A stretch of DNA of 64,000 nt from Bugula neritina (taxonomy: Eukaryota > Animalia > Bryozoa), in the NCBI GenBank assembly GCA_964035545.1, contig CAXIUT010000073.1, forward strand, positions 496,001 through 560,000, written 5' to 3'. Both the position numbers and the translations under genes were made by a program. The notes beneath the pieces were generated by a model. The model ran no database searches, was not told the origin of the DNA, and saw nothing but the letters and a program-made list of their open reading frames with translations. Below are positions 1 through 9,700 of this stretch, one piece after another. The stretch's first letter is position 1; every line of letters begins with the position of its first letter.

Positions 1-93
1 TACTTGATGAAAATTTTTATGCAAAACTTGATGCCTGCTTCAAAGACACCAGTGCTTAATTACTGTGTTAACTGTATTGGCACGTTGCCATGA

Positions 94-132
94 GATATTT
101 GGTAATATTTCGCATCACAACAAACTCTTCAG
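94..132 (-). ncRNA. Hammerhead-ribozyme-like core lacking stem I (possible relic or chance match), one per monomer
   Basis: The minus strand reads CUGAAGA-G(UUUGUUGUGAUG)C-GAAA-UAUU-ACCA-AAUA-UC. The core nucleotides, the G-C closure of stem II, a perfect stem III and an AUC triplet are present. The stem I strands (ACUUU / UCAUG) do not pair. Confidence 0.2.
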
Positions 133-922
133 AAAGTTGAGAAAATCAGTCTAGAAAGTTAATGAAATAAACCTACCAGAGAGAGTAAGCCAGATGTAAC
201 AAGTAGATCCAAAACAAGTTGATAAACAATTGAAGTTGAAGTCTCCATGTAGTCAACACGTTAGTCCTAATGTCAAATGCAAACGTCTGCAACCAAACTG
301 TGTAGACTTCATAAGCTGGTTAGCTGACAGGGGAGATTGAAGTTCTTAACTCTTGTGTGTATAGTGATGCCCATCTTGAACCAGAGATGGCTGACTGAAG
401 ACTGCTACTTTGTGAAAATTGACAATGCATATTATTATTATTCATTGTTGAGATTCACGACTGCCATAAACAATGATAAAATATTCATTGTTGGTACTAC
501 TGAGTAGAATAAAATATAATATAATATTATTTTCTGGACAGATAAATAATATCAAATGCATATTATAACTTACCATAAATATACAGTGCTTCACATCTTC
601 ACCTTTTTCTGCAATGTTATTTCTTTGCAGTTAGAAGTACTAGCTGAATATATGACTATGAAACATAACCCTTCAATTTCATTGCACCAGCACCAGTTGC
701 AAGATAGGTGTATTGAGAGTTATCTTTCCCAAAATTTTGTTCTTGGTGTTTATACGAAGCAGACACAGGCTAATATTAGTTTTGTTATTTGCAAGAGTTT
801 TTCTGTCTGATTGTCCATCAGCAAAAGTTTGCGCCTTGCAGTTATTATGGAAATACCAGTGATGCTGGAAGACCTTTGCATTGTACACCCGCCTTGACTA
901 TTGAAGTTAGATGTTTTATTTT

Positions 923-951
923 CCCATCCCCTCTCCCGCCCCCCTGTCCCC
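923..951 (-). other. G-quadruplex motif, one per monomer (coordinates for monomer 1; recurs every 1341 bp)
   Basis: The minus strand reads GGGG-ACA-GGGGGG-C-GGG-AGA-GGGG-AT-GGG. The variant monomers inspected keep at least four G runs with loops of 7 nt or less. Confidence 0.6.
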
Positions 952-969
952 TCTAACAACCGGCAATCC

Positions 970-1230
970 TGACTCATGTGAATTGTGTTATTGTTCTAGA
1001 GTTGGCCCATGGGCCTACAGTATACGATTTGAAGCTTTATAGTTTACAGGCAGTCGAGATGAGTCACTGCTGAAACCCATTTTATTAGTAGACTATATTG
1101 CTCTTCAATCATCAGTTTTCATATTAAAACAGAAAGCTCATCTGCAGCGCCATTTCACAGTGTTATATTTTGCTAGAGCAATAACTAATTTTAGATGCCT
1201 TTGCAAACATATGAGAAATAAATGAGTCAT
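970..1230. promoter_or_regulatory. Three AP-1/bZIP consensus sites TGA(C/G)TCA per monomer, the first overlapping TCATGTGA; function unproven
   Basis: tgactca at 970-976, tgagtca at 1060-1066 and atgagtcat at 1222-1230. These are motif matches only. Confidence 0.3.
1004..1015. other. Perfect 12-bp palindrome GGCCCATGGGCC, one per monomer
   Basis: It is self-reverse-complementary and unchanged in the monomers inspected, while the next base varies T/C. Confidence 0.8.
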
Positions 1231-4200
1231 TCTATGAAAAGAGGTGTTTGCAGCACTTGTCCACTTTTGATTTACACGCGGCATCGAAACTTTTGTAGTT
1301 TTAAATAATGTCTCCAAATTCATCACTTGCATGTGTTTAGATACTTGATGAAAATGTTTATGCAAAATTTGATGCCTGCTTCAAAGACACCAGTGCTTAA
1401 TTACTGTGTTAACTGTATTGGCACGTTGCCATGAGATATTTGGTAATATTTCGCATCACAACAAACTCTTCAGAAAGTTAAGAAAATCAGTCTAGAAAGT
1501 TAATGAAATAAACCTACCAGAGAGAGTAAGCCAGATGTAACAAGTAGATCCAAAACAAGTTGATTAACAATTGAAGTTGAAGTCTCGATGTAGTCAACAC
1601 TTTAGTCCTAACGTCAAATGCTAACGTCTGCAACCAAACTGTGAAGACTTCATGAGCTGGTTAGCTGACAGGACACATTAAAGTTCTTAACTCTTGTGTG
1701 TATAGTGATGCCCATCTTGAACTAGAGAGGGCTGACTGAAGACTGCTACTTTGTGAAAATTGACAATGCATATTATTATTATTCATTGTTGAGATTCACG
1801 ACTGCCATAAACAATGATAAAATATTCATTGTTGGTACTACTGAGTAGAATAAAATATAATATAATATTGTTTTCTGGACAGAAAAGTAATATCAAATGC
1901 ATATTATAACTTACCATAAATCTACAGTGCTTCACATCTTCACCTTTTCCTGCAATTTTATTTCTTTGCAGTTGGAAGTAGTAGCTGAATATATGACGAT
2001 GAAACATAACCCTTCAATTTCATTGCACCAGCACCAGTTGCAAGATAGGTGTGTTGGGAGTTATCTTTCCTAAAAATTTGTTTTTGGTGTTTATACGAAG
2101 CAGACACAGGCTAATATTAGTTTTGTTATTTGCAAGAGTTTTTCTGTCTGATTGTCCATCAGCAAAAGTTTGCGCCTTGCAGTTATTATGAAAATACCAG
2201 TGATGCTGGAAGACCTTTGCATTGTACACCCGCCTTTACTATTGAATTTAGATGTTTTATTTTCCCATCCCCTCTCCTGCCCCCCTGTCCCCTCTAACAA
2301 CCAGCAATCTTGACTCATGTGAATTGTGTTATTGTTCTAGAGTTGGCCCATGGGCCTACAGTATACGATTTGAAACTTTATAGTTTACAGGCAGTCGAGA
2401 TGAGTCAGTGCTGAAACCCATTTTATTAGTAGACTATATTGCTCTTCAATCATCAGTTTTCATATTAAAAGAGAAAGCTCATCTGCAGCGCCATTTTACA
2501 GTGTTATATTTTGCCAGAGCAATAACTAATTTTAGATGCCTTTGCAAACATATGAGAAATAAATGAGTCATTCTATGAAAAGAGGTGTTTGCAGCACTTG
2601 TCCACTTTTGATTTACACGCGGCATGGAAACTTTTGTAGTTTTAAATAATGTCTCCAAATTCATCACTTGCATGTGTTTAGATACTTGATGAAGATTTTC
2701 ATGCAAAACTTGATGCCTGCTTCAAAGACACCAGTGCTTAATTACTGTGTTAACTGTATTGGCACGTTGCTATGAGATATTTGGTAATATTTCGCATCAC
2801 AACAAACTTTTCAGAAAGTTAAGAAAATCAGTCTAGAAAGTTAATGAAATAAACCTACCAGAGAGAGTAAGCCAGATGTAACAAGTAGATCCAAAACAAG
2901 TTGATAAACAATTGAAGTTGAAGTCTCCATGTAGTCAACACGTTAGTCCTAATGTCAAATGCAAACGTCTGCAACCAAACTGTGTAGACTTCATGAGGTG
3001 GTTAGCTGACAGGAGAGATTAAAGTTCTTAACTCTTGTGTGTATAGTGATGCCCATCTTGAACTAGAGATGGCTGACTGAAGACTGCTACTTTGTGAAAA
3101 TTGACAATGCATATTATTATTATTCATTGTTGAGATTCACGACTGCCATAAACAATGATAAAATATTCATTGTTGGTACTACTGAGTAGAATAAAATATA
3201 ATATAATATTATTTTCTGGACAGATAAATAATATCAAATGCATATTATAACTTACCATAAATCTACAGTGCTTCACATCTTCACCTTTTTCTGCAATGTT
3301 ATTTCTTTGCAGTTAGAAGTACTAGCTGAATATATGACTATGAAACATAACCCTTCAATTTCATTGCACCAGCACCAGTTGCAAGATAAGTGTATTGAGA
3401 GTTATCTTTCCCAAAATTTTGTTCTTGGTGTTTATACGAAGCAGACACAGGCTAATATTAGTTTTGTTATTTGCAAGAGTTTTTCTGTCTGATTGTCCAT
3501 CAGCAAAAGTTTGCGCCTTGCAGTTATTATGGAAATACCAGTGATGCTGGAAGACCTTTGCATTGTACACCCGCCTTTACTATTGAATTTAGATATTTTA
3601 TTTTCCCATCCCCTCTCCTGCCCCCCTGTCCCCTCTAACAACCAGCAATCCTGACTCATGTGAATTGTGTTATTGTTCTAGAGTTGGCCCATGGGCCTAC
3701 AGTATACGATTTGAAGCTTTATAGTTTACAGGCAGTAGAGATGAGTCACTGCTGAAACTCATTTTATTAGTAGACTATATTGCTCTTCAATAATCAGTTT
3801 TCATATTAAAAGAGAAAGCTCATCTGCAGCGCCATTTCACAGTGTTATGTTTTGCTAGAGCAATAACTACTTTTAGATGCCTTTGCAAACATATGAGAAA
3901 TAAATGAGTCATTCTATGAATAGAGGTGTTTGCAGCACTTGTCCACTTTTGATTTACATGCGGCATGGAAACTTTTGTAGTTTTAAATAATGTCTCCAAA
4001 TTCATCACTTGCATGTGTTTAGATACTTGATGAAAATTTTTATGCAAAACTTGATGCCTGCTTCAAAGACACCAGTGCTTAATTACTGTGTTAACTGTAT
4101 TGGCATGTTGCCATGAGATATTTGGTAATATTTCGCATCACAACAAACTCTTCAGAAAGTTAAGAAAATAAGTCTAGAAAGTTAATGAAATAAACCTACC

Positions 4201-6705
4201 AGAGAGAGTAAGCTAGATGTAACAAGTAGATCCAAAACAAGTTGATAAACAATTGAAGTTGAAGTCTCCATGTAGTCAACACGTTAGTCCTAATGTCAAA
4301 TGCAAACGTCTGCAACCAAATTGTGTAGACTTCATAAGCTGGTTAGCTGACAGGAGAGATTAAAGTTCTTAACTCTTGTGTGTATAGTGATGCCCATCTT
4401 GAACTAGAGATGGCTGACTGAAGACTGCTACTTTGTGAAAATTGACAATGCATATTATTATTATTCATTGTTGAGATTCACGACTGCCATAAACAATGAT
4501 AAAATATTCATTGTTGGTACTACTGAGTAGAATAAAATATAATATAATATTATTTTCTGGACAGATAAATAATATCAAATGCATATTATAACTTACCATA
4601 AATCTACAGTGCTTCACATCTTCACCTTTTTCTGCAATGTTATTTCTTTGCAGTTAGAAGTACTAGCTGAATATATGACTATGAAACATAACCCTTCAAT
4701 TTCATTGCACCAGCACCAGTTGCAAGATAGGTGTATTGAGAGTTATCTTTCCCAAAATTTTGTTCTTGGTGTTTATACGAAGCAGACACAGGCTAATATT
4801 AGTTTTGTTATTTGCAAGAGTTTTTCTGTCTTATTGTCCATCAGCAAAAGTTTGCGCCTTGCAGTTATTATGAAAATACCAGTGATGCTGGAAGACCTTT
4901 GCATTGTACACCCGCCTTTACTATTGAATTTAGATGTTTTATTTTCCCATCCCCTCTCCTGCCCCCCTGTCCCCTCTAACAACCAGCAATCTTGACTCAT
5001 GTGAATTGTGTTATTGTTCTAGAGTTGGCCCATGGGCCTACAGTATACGATTTGAAACTTTATAGTTTACAGGCAGTGGAGATGAGTCAGTGCCGAAACC
5101 CATTTTATTAGTAGACTATATTGCTCTTCAATAATCAGTTTTCATATTAAAAGAGAAAGCTCATCTGCAGCGCCATTTTACAGTGTTATATTTTGCCAGA
5201 GCAATAACTAATTTTAGATGCCTTTGCAAACATATGAGAAATAAATGAGTCATTCTATGAAAAGAGGTGTTTGCAGCACTTGTCCACTTTTGATTTACAC
5301 GCGGCATGGAAACTTTTGTAGTTTTAAATAATGTCTCCAAATTCATCACTTGCATGTGTTTAGATACTTGATGAAAATTTTCATGCAAAACTTGATGCCT
5401 GCTTCAAAGACACCAGTGCTTAATTACTGTGTTAACTGTATTGGCACGTTGCTATGAGATATTTGGTAATATTTCGCATCACAACAAACTTTTCAGAAAG
5501 TTAAGAAAATCAGTCTAGAAAGTTAATGAAATAAACCTACCAGAGAGAGTAAGCCAGATGTAACAAGTAGATCCAAAACAAGTTGATAAACAATTGAAGT
5601 TGAAGTCTCCATGTAGTCAACACGTTAGTCCTAATGTCAAATGCAAACGTCTGCAACCAAACTGTGTAGACTTCATGAGCTGGTTAGCTGACAGGAGAGA
5701 TTAAAGTTCTTAACTCTTGTGTGTATAGTGATGCCCATCTTGAACCAGAGATGGCTGACTGAAGACTGCTACTTTGTGAAAATTGACAATGCATATTATT
5801 ATTATTCATTGTTGAGATTCACGACTGCCATAAACAATGATAAAATATTCATTGTTGGTACTACTGAGTAGAATAAAATATAATATAATATTATTTTCTG
5901 GACAGATAAATAATATCAAATGCATATTATAACTTACCATAAATATACAGTGCTTCACATCTTCACCTTTTTCTGCAATGTTATTTCTTTGCAGTTAGAA
6001 GTACTAGCTGAATATATGACTATGAAACATAACCCTTCAATTTCATTGCACCAGCACCAGTTGCAAGATAGGTGTGTTGAGAGTTATCTTTCCCAAAATT
6101 TTGTTCTTGGTGTTTATACGAAGCAGACACAGGCTAATATTAGTTTTGTTATTTGCAAGAGTTTTTCTGTCTGATTGTCCATCAGCAAAAGTTTGCGCCT
6201 TGCAGTTATTATGGAAATACCAGTGATGCTGGAAGACCTTTGCATTGTACACCCGCCTTTACTATTGAATTTAGATATTTTATTTTCCCATCCCCTCTCC
6301 CGCCCCCCTGTCCCCTCTAACAACCAGCAATCCTGACTCATGTAACTTGTGTTATTGTTCTAGAGTTGGCCCATGGGCCCACAGTATACGATTTGAAGCT
6401 TTATAGTTTACAGGCAGTCGAGATGAGTCACTGCTGAAACCCATTTTATTAGTAGACTATATTGCTTTTCAATAATCAGTTTTCATATTAAAAGAGAAAG
6501 CTCATCTGCAGCGCCATTTCACAGTGTTATGTTTTGCTAGAGCAATAACTACTTTTAGATGCCTTTGCAAACATATGAGAAATAAATGAGTCATTCTATG
6601 AAAAGAGGTGTTTGCAGCACTTGTCCACTTTTGATTTACACGCGGCATCGAAACTTTTGTAGTTTTAAATAATGTCTCCAAATTCATCACTTGCATGTGT
6701 TTAGA

Positions 6706-9700
6706 TACTTGATGAAAATGTTTATGCAAAATTTGATGCCTGCTTCAAAGACACCAGTGCTTAATTACTGTGTTAACTGTATTGGCACGTTGCCATGAGA
6801 TATTTGGTAATATTTCGCATCACAACAAACTCTTCAGAAAGTTAAGAAAATCAGTCTTGAAAGTTAATGAAATAAACCTACCAGAGAGAGTAAGCCAGAT
6901 GTAACAAGTAGATCCAAAACAAGTTGATTAACAATTGAAGTTGAAGTCTCGATGTAGTCAACACTTTAGTCCTAACGTCAAATGCTAACGTCTGCAACCA
7001 AACTGTGAAGACTTCATGAGCTGGTTAGCTGACAGGACACATTAAAGTTCTTAACTCTTGTGTGTATAGTGATGCCCATCTTGAACTAGAGAGGGCTGAC
7101 TGAAGACTGCTACTTTGTGAAAATTGACAATGCATATTATTATTATTCATTGTTGAGATTCACGACTGCCATAAACAATGATAAAATATTCATTGTTGGT
7201 ACTACTGAGTAGAATAAAATATAATATAATATTGTTTTCTGGACAGAAAAGTAATATCAAATGCATATTATAACTTACCATAAATCTACAGTGCTTCACA
7301 TCTTCACCTTTTCCTGCAATTTTATTTCTTTGCAGTTAGAAGTAGTAGCTGAATATATGACGATGAAACATAACCCTTCAATTTCATTGCACCAGCACCA
7401 GTTGCAAGATAGGTGTGTTGGGAGTTATCTTTCCTAAAAATTTGTTCTTGGTGTTTATACGAAGCAGACACAGGCTAATATTAGTTTTGTTATTTGCAAG
7501 AGTTTTCCTGTCTGATTTTCCATCAGCAAAAGTTTGCGCCTTGCAGTTATTATGAAAATACCAGTGATGCTGGAAGACCTTTGCATTGTACACCCGCCTT
7601 TACTATTGAATTTAGATGTTTTATTTTCCCATCCCCTCTCCTGCCCCCCTATCCCCTCTAACAACCAGCAATCTTGACTCATGTGAATTTTGTTATTGTT
7701 CTAGAGTTGGCCCATGGGCCTACAGTATACGATTTGAAACTTTATAGTTTACAGGCAGTCGAGATGAGTCAGTGCTGAAACCCATTTTATTAGTAGACTA
7801 TATTGCTCTTCAATAATCAGTTTTCATATTAAAAGAGAAAGCTCATCTGCAGCGCCATTTTACAGTGTTATATTTTGCCAGAGCAATAACTAATTTTAGA
7901 TGCCTTTGCAAACATATGAGAAATAAATGAGTCATTCTATGAAAAGAGGTGTTTGCAGCACTTGTCCACTTTTGATTTACACGCGGCATGGAAACTTTTG
8001 TAGTTTTAAATAATGTCTCCAAATTCATCACTTGCATGTGTTTAGATACTTGATGAAAATTTTTATGCAAAACTTGATGCCTGCTTCAAAGACACCAGTG
8101 CTTAATTACTGTGTTAACTGTATTGGCACGTTGCCATGAGATATTTGGTAATATTTCGCATCACAACAAACTCTTCAGAAAGTTGAGAAAATCAGTCTAG
8201 AAAGTTAATGAAATAAACCTACCAGAGAGAGTAAGCCAGATGTAACAAGTAGATCCAAAACAAGTTGATAAACAATTGAAGTTGAAGTCTCCATGTAGTC
8301 AACACGTTAGTCCTAATGTCAAATGCAAACGTCTGCAACCAAACTGTGTAGACTTCATAAGCTGGTTAGCTGACAGGGGAGATTGAAGTTCTTAACTCTT
8401 GTGTGTATAGTGATGCCCATCTTGAACCAGAGATGGCTGACTGAAGACTGCTACTTTGTGAAAATTGACAATGCATATTATTATTATTCATTGTTGAGAT
8501 TCACGACTGCCATAAACAATGATAAAATATTCATTGTTGGTACTACTGAGTAGAATAAAATATAATATAATATTATTTTCTGGACAGATAAATAATATCA
8601 AATGCATATTATAACTTACCATAAATATACAGTGCTTCACATCTTCACCTTTTTCTGCAATGTTATTTCTTTGCAGTTAGAAGTACTAGCTGAATATGTG
8701 ACTATGAAACATAACCCTTCAATTTCATTGCACCAGCACCAGTTGCAAGATAGGTGTATTGAGAGTTATCTTTCCCAAAATTTTGTTCTTGGTGTTTATA
8801 CGAAGCAGACACAGGCTAATATTAGTTTTGTTATTTGCAAGAGTTTTTCTGTCTGATTGTCCATCAGCAAAAGTTTGCGCCTTGCAGTTATTATGGAAAT
8901 ACCAGTGATGCTGGAAGACCTTTGCATTGTACACCCGCCTTGACTATTGAAGTTAGATGTTTTATTTTCCCATCCCCTCTCCCGCCCCCCTGTCCCCTCT
9001 AACAACCGGCAATCCTGACTCATGTGAATTGTGTTATTGTTCTAGAGTTGGCCCATGGGCCTACAGTATACGATTTGAAGCTTTATAGTTTACAGGCAGT
9101 CGAGATGAGTCACTGCTGAAACCCATTTTATTAGTAGACTATATTGCTCTTCAATCATCAGTTTTCATATTAAAACAGAAAGCTCATCTGCAGCGCCATT
9201 TCACAGTGTTATATTTTGCTAGAGCAATAACTAATTTTAGATGCCTTTGCAAACATATGAGAAATAAATGAGTCATTCTATGAAAAGAGGTGTTTGCAGC
9301 ACTTGTCCACTTTTGATTTACACGCGGCATCGAAACTTTTGTAGTTTTAAATAATGTCTCCAAATTCATCACTTGCATGTGTTTAGATACTTGATGAAAA
9401 TGTTTATGCAAAATTTGATGCCTGCTTCAAAGACACCAGTGCTTAATTACTGTGTTAACTGTATTGGCACGTTGCCATGAGATATTTGGTAATATTTCGC
9501 ATCACAACAAACTCTTCAGAAAGTTACGAAAATCAGTCTAGAAAGTTAATGAAATAAACCTACCAGAGAGAGTAAGCCAGATGTAACAAGTAGATCCAAA
9601 ACAAGTTGATTAACAATTGAAGTTGAAGTCTCGATGTAGTCAACACTTTAGTCCTAACGTCAAATGCTAACGTCTGCAACCAAACTGTGAAGACTTCATG

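Noticed and set aside
395-456. Second hammerhead-like CUGAAGA...GAAA on the plus strand
   Set aside because: There is no stem II closing pair, no contiguous stem I, and the GAAA is sequestered in a competing hairpin.
575-635. Minus-strand LQRNNIAEKG as an NLR-type leucine-rich-repeat exon
   Set aside because: It is preceded by an in-frame stop in nearly all monomers, lacks the rest of the LRR consensus, and has no convincing acceptor giving an in-frame exon.
881-893. ttgtacacccgcc resembling the SSU rRNA 1391 region (TTGTACACACCGCCC)
   Set aside because: The match is short and imperfect, with no flanking rRNA similarity. I recognised no 5S, tRNA or snRNA gene in the monomer.
1-1341. Monomer as a 447-codon repeat of a giant protein under an alternative genetic code
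   Set aside because: TAA, TAG and TGA all occur in each of the six frames of monomer 1, so no single reassignment opens a frame.
4579-4995. Longer 138-aa ORF in monomer 4
   Set aside because: It is produced by a single private TGA>TTA change and has no other support.
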